Translations under genes and position numbers: made by a program
The notes under the pieces: generated by a model
Database searches by the model: none
Seen by the model: only the letters and a program-made list of their open reading frames with translations
What the model was told of the DNA's origin: nothing
Shown: positions 12,766 through 24,300 of the stretch, piece after piece
How positions within the stretch are numbered: the first letter of the stretch is position 1
How the letters are laid out: each line of letters opens with the position of its first letter
Assembly: GCA_010909165.1 (NCBI GenBank)
Contig: MU008156.1
Location: forward strand, 248,001 to 312,000
Direction: 5' to 3'
DNA: 64,000 nucleotides
From: Anthoceros angustus
Lineage: Eukaryota; Plantae; Anthocerotophyta

Positions 12766-13185
12766 GTAGATAGCCAGACTCCATGGTTTTCGATGTAGAT
12801 AAGCCAGACTCCATGGTTTTAGATGTAGATAAGCTAGACTCTATCGTTTTAGGTGTAGATAGCCAGACTCCATCGTTTTATTACATCAATAAAGAGCAGC
12901 ACTTGAGCGGTAGCCACTTGGGTGTAGATAGCAGACTCCAAAGTTGTATTCTATCAATAATCAGCAGCACCTCCTTGTCATGGAGTCAAGGGCAATAGCC
13001 AGTTGGGTGTAGATAGCCGGACTCCATCGTTTTAGATGTAGATAGCCATAGCCGGACTCCATGGTTTTAGATGTAGATAGCCAGACTCCATGGTTTTAGA
13101 TGTAGATAGCCAGATTCTATCGTTTTAGATGTAGATAGCCAGACTCCATCGTTTTAGATGTAGATAGCCAGACTCCATCGTTTTA
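12766..13185. repeat. 29-30 bp minisatellite (GTAGATAGCCAGACTCCATCGTTTTAGAT), two blocks; repeated at about 15240-15660
   Basis: Directly visible tandem units. Confidence 0.9.
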
Positions 13186-13442
13186 TTCTATCAATAAAGA
13201 GCAGCACTTCGGGGTAGTAGCCAGGTGGGTGTAGATAGCGGACTCCATCGTTGTATTCTATCAATAAACAACATCATTCTATCAATAAGCAGCACCTCCT
13301 CATAGCCAGACTCCAAGAATACAATAAGCAGCACCTCGAGGAGGTGGTTTGGGAGTCGTCGACGGCGGGCTACTTGGAGCGGAGGTGGTTTGGGAGTCGT
13401 CATGCGGGCTACTTGGAGCCTAATCTTGCTTTCGTGAGGTTG

Positions 13443-14418
13443 CCACGCCCATAAGGGAGTGGCTCCTGCTCCTGCTCCTCCTCCTGTAACTTCCAAACAG
13501 CTTCCTTGAAGCTCCTGAATTAGCAAATTAAGAGCACAAGGTCAGCAGGCATCTTGATCACAAGAAAAGTCATCCCAGAAGCAGATTAGGTTACCTGGAA
13601 ATCTTCTTCAAATGCATAAAGTTGCAATATCCTCCTCTGTTACAAGTATTCTCTTCATACTGCCTGCAAGTAGCCTCGCGAAAGTCTGTTACAGGGAGAG
13701 AAGTCCACAATGATGGGACGCCCTGGACAAAACACTTCATGGTCAGCATGTGATCGTACGAGACAAAATGAAAGTAACTCCGCCCCCAACTGGATGAAAT
13801 GAACGAACCTGCATAGAAGCGCCCATTGAGAGCATTCAGAGCCGCCGCAGCATGTTCCTCCTCCCGAAACTTAACGTAAACATTCCCAATCTAAGAGAGT
13901 CAACCAAGGCGGACCAATTAACTTCCTGCACCTTCTAGAAAGCCCGAAACCGAGTCTACGGACCAAGGGAAAAAGGCACGTACCATGTGATCAGCGAGGT
14001 TATCGCAGACATTGAGATTTTCAATCTCCCCGTACTTGCTGAGCTCCTCAAAGATATCCTCGTAAAAATCCTACCAACAAACAACAAAACCGAGGTGAGA
14101 ACATAGAGTCGCCCAAAAAACAAAGGATCAGCCAGCCAGCGAGCAGCCCTACAGCCGGGCAGCAAAGCTAACCTCGAAGTGCTCTTGCAGCTTGCGGGGA
14201 TCAGACTGCTGGATATTCCCGTGCTGATCCACTCCACCATGAAAGCCTGCATCCGGAGACTGGTACATGTTGGCCAGCAGGAGCGTCTGGCTGGCTGTCG
14301 GCCGGTTGTGCAGGCGGGAGCACCGGTCGCCGTGCCGGCAGGCACTCGATCTTGAAGTAGAAAGGGCAGTTCACTCTATCCTTTTCAGTGCCAAAGATGG
14401 AGCCAAATGCTCAGCCAT
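13443..14418 (-). pseudogene. U2AF35: 3'-truncated second copy of U2AF35 (exons 1-4 and part of exon 5)
   Basis: Near-identical to 10944-11925 with several 1-nt indels; cut at the duplication junction near 13442, so it lacks most of the RS domain and the C-terminal motif. Confidence 0.85.
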
Positions 14419-15069
14419 GGCTGCTCCTTGTGCCCGCTCTGCCTCCACCTCCGTCCTCGTCACCACAGACTGCCGACTCAAGCGCAATACAGACTTGGAT
14501 CACCTCATGCCCTCCCGACTGCAGGGATGTGCGCCCACCTCCCGACTTCACAGTCTCGGGCACAAAGCGATCGCTAGCGCGCTCGGTCGCACGGCGGCGT
14601 TTCCACACCGGGCTTGACCAGCTGCAGCACGCAAAAGAACCTTTCGCGCGACAGGGTTTAGGGCTATGGCCTCCCAATCCCAAACTCCCAAACTCTACTT
14701 CATCAAAAATATCATGTCAAGTTGGAGAGTTAGCAGAAGTTACTATCATTTTCGTTTCCTTACTTCAGGGCACGCATGTTCATACACCTGGATACTAGAT
14801 AATGCGAGGGAGAGTAACGATACTGATGAAATAAAGTAGAAAGGTGAAAATTTAAAAGAGGTAAAAAGTTAATTAGTAGTTCTTTTATTAAAAATATAAT
14901 ATAGTACGATGAAATAAAGTAGAAAGGTGAAAAGTTAAAGAAGTAAAAAGCTAGTTATTGTTACATTAAGAAATGCATATGTTGCGTGCTTCATACAATC
15001 TACTATTAAGGCGAATTGCTAGAGCCACTAATGAAGAGCTGCCTAGAGAGGACTCTTAGTGATCACCTT

Positions 15070-16076
15070 TGTAAGAATCTGAGTTAATAAGCGCTTAATT
15101 GAGGTCGGTGAGGGATATATAAGGGCTAGATCAAAGGCTTTGAGGACACTCACTCGTGGAGAGGCGGGCAAGTGTGCGCTCTGGTGAAGAGAGCTAGCTA
15201 GTAAGCTTGTCGTGGAGTCAAGGGCGAGCTAGTTGGGTGTAGATAGCAGGACTCCATGGTTTTCGATGTAGATAAGCGGACTCCATGGTTTTAGATGTAG
15301 ATAAGCTAGACTCTATCGTTTTAGGTGTAGATAGCCGGACTCCATCGTTTTATTACATCAATAAAGAGCAGCACTTGGGCGGTAGCCACTTGGGTGTAGA
15401 TAGCGGACTCCAAAGTTGTATTCTATCAATAATCGGACACCTCCTTGTCATGGAGTCAAGGGCAATAGCCGATTGGGTGTAGATAGCCATGGCCGGACTC
15501 CATCGTTTTAGATGTAGATAGCCAGCGGACTCCATGGTTTTAGATGTAGATAGCCAGACTCCATGGTTTTAGATGTAGATAGCCAGATTCTATCGTTTTA
15601 GATGTAGATAGCCAGACTCCATCGTTTTAGATGTAGATAGCCAGACTCCATCGTTTTATTCTATCAATAAAGAGCAGCACTTCGGGGTAGTAGCCAGGTG
15701 GGTGTAGATAGCCAGACTCCATCGTTGTATTCTATCAATAAACAACATCATTCTATCAATAAACAGCAGCACCTCCTCATAGCCAGACTCCAAGAATACA
15801 ATAAACAGCAGCACCTCGAGGAGGTGGTTTGGGAGTCGTCAGTGGACGGCGGGCTACTTGGAGCGGAGGTGGTTTGGGAGTCGTCAGTGGACGGCGGGCT
15901 ACTTGGAGCCTAGTACCGTTTCGTGAGGTTGAGAGCGCTGAGAATCGTGCAAGTATATTGAGGAGTGAATTGACGAGGTCCTAAACCGTTGGAAAGCTCA
16001 TGCCGGTATATTGTGGAGTGAATTGGTGAGGTCCTAATATCGCTTCCTTACGGCCTGTGTAGTGAGGGGCGTTAGT
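15070..16076 (+). mobile_element. Probable solo LTR of about 1 kb carrying the 29-bp minisatellite (partial copy at about 12586-13441)
   Basis: Begins TGTAAGAATC, has TATATAA followed by a promoter-like stretch, and ends GTAGTGAGGGGCGTTA, resembling plant LTR 3' ends; no coding capacity. TSD not found. Confidence 0.45.
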
Positions 16077-16865
16077 GGGAGGAGGGATTACTTGGGATTA
16101 CTTACAACATGTACATACGTGCGTAGTGAGGCACATATGTACGTGCGTAGTGAGGGGCACATACGTGCGTAGTGAAGGGCGTTACCGGGAGGAGGGATTA
16201 CTTGGGACTACTTACAACATGTACATGTGTACCTCCTTAGTTATTTGGTTATTAGAATTTTAAAACACGACGCAAGATGCCTGTGCCCTCGTTAGGAAAG
16301 TTGATGGTGAGTAATGGCGGTGACTCACGCCAACCCTGGTTACTCCAGTAAGACAAAGCCAGGACTCGAGGGCTAAATGCTTGTACACCTAGTGGGCGAC
16401 CCAACTTTATGTAATTAGTCTCTTTGGAGCACCCAACAAGACCTACCCATTAAAGTAGCCAGTTCAACACGGTTGGACTTGGACGATTGGAGTCGAGGTC
16501 TCGTTTCACTGCCCGGAACCCCGAATCTGGAATGGGATGTGGTGAGGAAGCCAAAGCGTGCGGGCCAGTGGACTTGGTCTACGCGTTGGTGGGTGGCCAC
16601 TGGCCAGCCCTCCGGCTGGAGAATTTGATGTTGGTCCGGATCCGGTTGGGAGCAGCAAGGCCGTGCGTGCAGGTGGAATGCAGAGCGCATCCGTCCCGCT
16701 CTGTGTAGCAACAGCAACAGCAATAGCAACCGTAGAGGGCATCCGATTTCGGCTGCTGAGCCGCCCGCGTCTCCAACATTAATCGTGCTGAAGCTCGGTG
16801 GCGCAGGATCGAGGCAGACCTAGCTTTAGGCCTAGTGCGGGTTCCAGCGGCAGCTGCCAGGAGCC

Positions 16866-17857
16866 ATGGGCTGGTTTCTGCCATCGCACATGGACCAGGG
16901 GGTGATCTTCGGGGGGTTAGGACTGTGGCACCTGGCCAACACGCTGAGCTCGTTCGTGAGGCGGCCCAAGGAGTTCCGCTACCGGACGTGGTTCCCGGTC
17001 CGCCTCCCCGGCACGCTGCGGTACCTGGAGCTCTGGTTCATCCTGTTGGTGATCGTGGTGTTCATCGGGAAGCAGCTGTCGCGGGCCTCGGGGGACCTGA
17101 GCGTGGGCAGGATCCAGATGGAGCATATGCAGCGCTACCAGCACGTGACGTTCGCCTTCCTGTTCCTGGTGTACGCGGTGGCGGGCCTGCTGAGCGAGAG
17201 CCTGGGCGTGCTGCCGCTCCCCGAGGGGGCGCTGCACGCCACCTTCGCCCTGGGCTTTGCGGCGGAGCTGCTGGTGTTCCACCTGGGGCACCACCCCGGG
17301 GACAATCTGGAGAGCTTTGTGCACATGCTGATGCAGCTCATTCTGGTGACCATGGTGGCTTCCATGCTGCTGGAGATTAGGTATCCCCGGAGCTTTTGGT
17401 GTCGGTGGCTAGCAGCATGCTGCTGGTGTTCAAGGGCACATGGTTCTTCCACATCGGGCTGCTCATCAATGTGGATGCCTGCATTCCCTACGGCTGCGTG
17501 AGGGGCCCTGCGGATTACCCCATCTGCGAAGACCCCGAGAGCAAAATGCGAGCTCGGTCCTTGCAGGTGCTGGTGTTCGGGTGGCATGCTGCCGGGATTG
17601 TGGTGGCCACTTATGTGGCGTATGCTGTCATGGTGCACGCCCATGTGTACCCGGTGGGCAAGACACATTACCACAGGCTGCAGTTTGTGGATGCTGCTGG
17701 CGACCTGTCGGACATGTCGGATGGTGACCTGTCTCCCGACTCTAATGCTGTTCCCACCATCAGCGTTGTGCCCAGGTCTCTTTCCAGACGCCTCAGCAGG
17801 AACTCCCCCAGGAACAAGCTTGACTCTCCCGTTGTGGAACCCGTCATCCTGACTTGA
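16866..17857 (+). CDS. DUF716 / TMEM45-like multi-pass membrane protein, intronless; one frameshift at the T-run 17394-17397
   Basis: MGWFLPSH..GLWHL start, HMQRYQHVTF, FALGFAAELLVFHLGH, LESFVHMLMQ, FKGTWFFHIG and GC..PIC motifs match the plant DUF716 pattern; adding one T joins ORFs 16866-17501 and 17396-17857. Confidence 0.85.
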
Positions 17858-18639
17858 TTGCCGCCCAGCGATGTTGTGTTGTCCTCCGCTTGATGCACAT
17901 GGCCATCCATAGCTGTGTGACCTTCCTTTTAGGCAGCCATGTCAAGTCACCATTGCGACAACTACAACAAGCTTGGTGGAACTATGTATAATTAACTGTC
18001 GTAGAGTGGCACGTTGGAGACAGTGCTCAGTATCGTTGACGATCGGATTGGAGATGAGATATGAGCACTGGGCACCCTCCATCTTATCTCCACCTGACAG
18101 GGTACATGTATGGCGTGGATAAACAGGTGGCAGACCTCTTCTTTGGATCATCTCCTCCCTCAAGGACGTGGCCAACGTCTGGCGGATGCAGTTGTCTCTT
18201 TCCGTCACTTTTGCTGTGTTTTACCGTCGCACGAAGCTTCTGCAAATGCGCTTTGGCGGAACAAAACGTTTTAACCCGGAAGTTTTGTCTCTGGTGGTCT
18301 GTAACTCTGGTATCCTCATTGCAACTCTGGTATGCACCTGGGATTCATGTTTGCCCGCCGATACAATGCGGAGATTAAAGATGTAGGTCAAAGACGGAGA
18401 TGCTAGATATGTGCACTTTTAGAATTGTTGTTTGCTACAACTTTTTGGGTGGAAGAGCTGAGTTTCTCCTCAACCTGCAGGGTGTAAAAGGGTTCTTTTC
18501 ATTCCTTCTCACCTATCCAAATAATTCCACTCTCCAATGATTCCAAGCCCATTTAGTTCCATACATTCTCACTTAGATAGCTTTTAATAGGCTTTTTACA
18601 GTCATGTTTGGATGGCTTTTAACACTCAATGCTCGGATG

Positions 18640-18990
18640 GGCTTCTAACATTTATGCTCGGGTAATGCTCGGATGGCTTTTAATATTTATGCTCGACTAA
18701 CACTCGATTCTAACATTTATGCTCAGCTAACTATGCTCAGCTAACACACTGGATTCTAACATTTATGCTCGGCTAACACACGGGATTCTAACATTTATGC
18801 TCGGCTAACACTGGATTCTAACATTTATGCTCGGCTAACATTGAATTGTAACATTTATGCTAACAATGGATTCCAACATTTATGCTCGCTAACACCGGAT
18901 TCTAACATTTATGCTCGCTAACACTGGATTCTAACATTTATGCTCGGCTAACACTCAATTCTAGCATTCATGTTCCGCTAACACTCGAAC
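18640..18990. repeat. 30-bp minisatellite (GGATTCTAACATTTATGCTCGGCTAACACT), about 11 degenerate copies
   Basis: Directly visible tandem units. Confidence 0.9.
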
Positions 18991-21341
18991 ATGGATGAAC
19001 TTCTAATACTCAATTCTTTGGTCTATATTGCAAGCCTAGGCTTTTCTAGGATTTGGGCCTACTCGCCTCCATCCTAACCTCGCATTTCTTAGTCGATTCC
19101 CACATCTTGGAGGCCTTCATCAGGCGTTGAGGAGGGAGCTCTCCTACAAGTGTCCCTAAAATTGGGCGGGAATCTTTACCCTCCGAGGCTAGGGTAATCA
19201 TACCTCATTGTTCCTCCTTCACGGAGGTTGCCCCATGTGGGCTTGGGCATTTGTCGCTCGCCAACATAGCTAACCATGCCAAGTAGCCACAGGCTTTTAA
19301 CTAGAAGGCAAAAAGTGACCAGGCCACTAAGCGCATAGGCCTTTGGTTAGGGGCAAGCAACAAAGCAGGAGTTTGTGATGGTTCGAGTCAAGCCTCCAAA
19401 ATAGGCTTATCACTTGATAGACTTATCAATTAAACAAGTATGTAGAGTATGTAAAGCACTGCACTTGATGGTTCGAGTAGGCCTCCAAAATAGGCTTATC
19501 ATTTAAACAAGTATTTAATAAATCTCTAAAAAATAGACTTATCAACTAACTACCAAAAGAGCAAAGTAAAAGAGGAACTAGACAACATCCTGAGCGGCGA
19601 AGAGTGAAAAGTACGATTGCTAGGAAGTTATCTTCCATCTCAACTTCACCACCGTCCACTGCTCTGCCATGAACGTCTTGCCTTACATTGCATACGCAAG
19701 CAGTCTTGTGGGCCTGGTGGATGCGTACTTCAGAGTGATGACGAAAGTGTATGGCATCATGCCCATAGCCATGGAGGCCATGCTGCAAGCATCATGGGTC
19801 AGAGTCGTCGGAGTCAGTGGCAATGGAGGTTACCTACGTTGCGGTTGGATTTCCTTCACGTCCAGAAGCGTAGTAGCCGTAAGCTGCTCCAAGGATGTGC
19901 GGTTTTTTAGTGACTTGCCTTCCTTAAAAGCAAACAGACAGAAGCTAACCCAACCACCGAGCCTGGTGGCAGGGATTGGAAGGAGTAGTCCCTCGCACAT
20001 CTTGCCACACAAGCATGGCGGAGAAGGCGAGGCAAGTCCTGTGGGCACTCCGATCTTGATGTCCAACGCACAGCTGTTCAGATGAGTGAAGGACAGTACA
20101 AAACCAAGGATCCTCATGCTGTCAGCTTAAGCAAACGTGCGGGATGCTCAACAATTCCTCCTGGATGCCCACTTGCCGTATCTGCCAGCTTCAACCTTCA
20201 AGTTCAGCGCCAAGCCGGAATGGCCAACATCGCAGATAATTATCAACCGACCGGAACAACGATGGCAAAGTAAGGATCTGCGGGATACTGTGACATCCGA
20301 TGGTCGTCTTACAATCCTGGTGATCTGCGCAACATCCTTGATGAAGGGCCAACAGCAGTCGACAGGGAAGACCTGGGAAGACGCTGCACGCCGACCTGCA
20401 ACAAGTTACTTTGCTCTACAGAGAGTCCAGACAGTGCAGAAATCGGGGGCTCACTTGCTGGCGCATCTCACCGGACGTTGATGCTCTGATGGAGCAGTTA
20501 CCCATGACTTATTCAACTGTGGAACAAAAGTTGGTGGATTGAGTATGGTCAACAATTGGACATCACTGGGAAACCTGGTTCTTGACCAGTTGGTGCGGAC
20601 TTACCACTCACCAGGCAAGACGAGCCCATCGTCAGCCCCGGTCATCCAGCCGCGCGAGTGATTGAGCTGCGCTGTTCGCAGCCGGTGAGATGCTGCGCAG
20701 TATATGCTCTCAAGACGCCCCCAACTTTGTCCGACTGGACATGGCAATTCTTGGTCTGCAAAGTTGCATTGTAGCAAGAGGCAAGTCATCGGACGTCGGA
20801 CGATTGATGCAAGACATCTTCTCAGACCTGGTCAATCAGCCGCGCTCAGTGATTGAGCTGTGCTGCCCGCAACCGTTGTGATGCTTACCGAATATATGCT
20901 TTCAAAATGCTGCCCCTATCGTCCGACGGGACAGGGCAATTGTTAGTTTGCGGACTTGCCTTGCAACAAGATGGCATGGGCTCAAATCCTCCGTTTGATG
21001 AAAGCAAACGTTCCATCCTATACCATCTCACGGGACCGCTTTCTCCATTCAATCCTATCCAGCAAGTACACCCGCAACAGCAGTGGACTCCACAAGTCAG
21101 GAGAGCAGTACAGGATCAAGTCACCGTGTGAAGTGGATAGCTATGCCTGAGAACGCAACGCCCCTGAACACGGTGAACGGTGGTGACTAGGCGCCAGATG
21201 CCGACACACCACTTCTTTCAAAACAAAGCACCATCCCACCCTTTGCTCTTGACGTCATGGTTTGGAACCCAGCTGCAGAAGTTTCAGGACTTGCCTGAAA
21301 TTCGGACTACTTGCACACGATGACTTCGTCGTCGCTGTTCA

Positions 21342-24300
21342 CTAGTTTGGAAGAAGGTTGCCAACTATGTAGAGCTTATCGTTCTCTGCTATCAGGTCAG
21401 TAGAACGAATCTCACCTCCATCTCCATTCAAGATGAAGGACCGAGTGCCCCTGAACTGCTCGACGGCAATACCCAATAGCTCTTCAATAGTCCCTGGTGC
21501 CCAAACAACCAACCCTGCTGTCCGTTTCTCTTCCTGAGTCCAAGGATGGTATGGGAAAATTGTAACTCGTCTGGATACACGCGATTCTCCCATCAACCGA
21601 AATTTCGCAGCGGATCTCCTGCCTGACATGTTGTGGGACTTGACGAATACCCACGTGGTCGGTCACTGTCTATTCCCCATTCCGAGATTTCAAACCCATC
21701 AGCCTGCTCCTCACTTTCATCCTTCTCGAACCTTACTTGTCGGTATGAGACATTCGTTTCGTCGAACTCCGAATTGGTTCGAGGTTGCTCAGGCTCTGAA
21801 GATCCTGATCCTCTCCCAGAACTTGCCATATTCGTCCCTCCGCGCACCCGTTCAAGCATGGCTTCGGTCTGTTTCTTCCTGACAGCTGCTGCAGCTATGG
21901 CATCTGCACAGGCACATGGGAGAGAGAACTTTGGGCTTTGGACCACAGAATTAAAAGTCAACGAGACACCCAGGACCATCGCAAAGTACAAATGTATTTG
22001 AACCTGGCGTGCGGTCTGCATTCTCCGTCAAGGCGGTTCCTGGGAGACCATCACCATGGGACGTAGGTTTTGAGCGTTTGTCGTCGATGTTGGCTGACGT
22101 TTCCAAAAGAGTGACTACAGTTCCGTTGCCTGTTCTCCTCGCATCCTCCAGGGGAGTGTTCCCCATCTGCACAGTTCATCAGATGAGTCATCGGCTTCTG
22201 AGTTAGAAGAGCATCCCCAGGTGCAGTAGCGACCACTAAAACCTTGCTGAAATGGAAGCAACCAACCTGTCTTTTGCATTGATGTTAGCTCCAGCGCCAA
22301 GTAGGACACTCGCAATCAAATGCAACCCTTCGGATGCTGCGACGTGAAGAGGAGTTCGGAGATCATAATCCACAGAGTTGGGATCAGCTCCATAAGCAAG
22401 CAGACGCTTCAGAAACTCTATGTCTCCAGTCATTGAGACATTGCAGAGGAAAGCCCCAGCCTCTTGGAGCAGGAGACGTGCACCCTTCTCGTACAGGGTT
22501 CCTGCTGTGACATCATGGCCACCTTTTAAAGCTTCCAGTAAAGGAGTGATGCCATTATTATCTGCAAGATAAACATACAACCGGAATGACAGTCGGCGAG
22601 ACATCTTGACATATGTAGCCTCTCTCCACCACGCAACATTCACTGTTGGGGTTTGCTGTAACATCGGGGACACATACCTATGGCATTCAAATCTGCCTTC
22701 TCACTTATCAGGAACAAAACAAGTTCCTTATGGCCCCTTGCAGCCGCCAGGTGCTGCCCCACATGGTTAAAACAGGGAATGAGCGAGAAGGAAATGCCGG
22801 TTGCATAATAATAAAGCACAGCACAAACACAAATTGAATACTATTGGCCAATCCAAGTTTCACCGCTACATATGCAGGAACATACAAGAGCTGTTCTTCC
22901 GTCATAGTCTGTCCTTGTGGGATCTGCACCGGCCTTGATGAGTTGTCTCACATGGCTTATGTCTCCTTGATAAGCAGCATGGATCACCATGAGAGCTAAC
23001 TCTGCATCCTGTTTAGACAGCAAATAATTTATGTCTGCTGCTCTCTGTCGTAGTCGATCATCAGATTCCTTACCCTGGAAACAAAGCAGCACGTTAGGGC
23101 CATGCCAGTAACCAGGCAGACCAGGCAGACAGCTATAAGAGATATCAGTAGAAGCTGGTTGAACTTAAATTTCGTACCACCAGCAAGTTGTTGATTATCT
23201 GGCGTCCATCCAAGTAAAAGATTTGCAACAAGTTTGAAAAGGACTGCTTATCCAACCGAAGCAACTTGCACAGTTCAACCACTCGAACTGTGTAGGGCTG
23301 AGGAACATTACAGAGCACAGCCACCTCACCAAACACGCCATATTCTTCCAGCTGGGCAACTGGTTTTTCAATCCCATCCTCCCCTACCACAACTTCCTCC
23401 TGCGAAAACCATTATTGAAGTTAACGCTTTTAGGCCAGAAATGGTCAAATGACATATCACCCGGCAGAATGCCTACCAACAACCCATATGAAATTATATA
23501 CAGTTGGTCAACTGCATCTCTTTGCTCCAATATCACTTCACCAGGTAAAAAAAATTCTTCCCGCACTCTAGACACCTATAAAGAAATCGACAGTTAGCAG
23601 TCGGAAATCAGGGAGTTTCAGGTGCGGCTCCACGAGCATCATGGGCTTTCTATAGACTCACAATTTGACTGATAAATTCGCTGGTGCAACCTTTAAGCAA
23701 GGAGACATGCTCAACTGTCCCACGATAGAGTTCTTGAGCAACCTGTCGACGAGCACATGGTTTAGTAAAGTGTAGTTTGCCTCTGTAGCATTCACATTAC
23801 CCATGAACATTGTTCTGCCAAATTGAAAACGAACTTGATATTGTCATGAAGATGACACGAAACTGACTGGCGAGACGCTTTCCAAATTAAGGGTGCTGAA
23901 TGGCGAACCTTAGCCCGGATGGTTACCGGAAGTCTTCGATAACACTGTCGTTGGTCATTTTGCTTTCAAATTGCAAGCGTACATGGCACTTCATTTGATG
24001 CCTTAGATGATTATCAAGAGAATTTCTGTTCATATACTTGATAAGCTCAGCCATCTTGTCTCGAAACTTCTCAGTATTAGAGCCTTTGACAATCAGTGCT
24101 GTCATGTTGCCAATCAGGTATGCACCCAGGATCATGTCGACGGAAGCAAACAGAATGATAAAGAGCATCTCGCGATTGTTAACAGCATGGACATCACCGT
24201 AACCTGCCAACAACAAATTCGGACATGAATCAAGTCTCGCTTGAGAAGTCATACTAAAAGATGCCTGATATTTCAGCACAGAAAGTGGCAACCCAGGGCA

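Larger units (their letters stand above)
10944..15935. repeat. Head-to-tail duplication, unit about 2.5 kb (10944-13441 / 13442-15935)
   Basis: Continuous alignment of the U2AF35 exons, promoter and minisatellite block with an offset of about 2498 bp; the copies differ mainly by small indels. Confidence 0.92.

Noticed and set aside
12766-13185. CRISPR-like appearance of the 29-30 bp repeats (also the 18.6-19.0 kb, 27.1 kb and 40.9 kb arrays)
   Set aside because: Units are directly adjacent with no unique spacers, there are no cas genes, and the context is eukaryotic; these are minisatellites.
16415-17910. Many overlapping or antisense ORFs around the DUF716 gene and in the GC-rich TE blocks (28.5-29.1 kb, 38 kb, 56-57.7 kb plus strand)
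   Set aside because: Shadow ORFs caused by high GC content and stop-poor opposite strands; no recognisable domains.
19329-19398. tRNA- or SINE-like A-box/B-box spacing (TAGGCCTTTGGTTAG...GGTTCGAGTC)
   Set aside because: Box spacing fits, but the acceptor, anticodon and T stems do not pair, no poly-A/T tail or TSD is evident, and the B-box recurs in a local repeat at about 19470.
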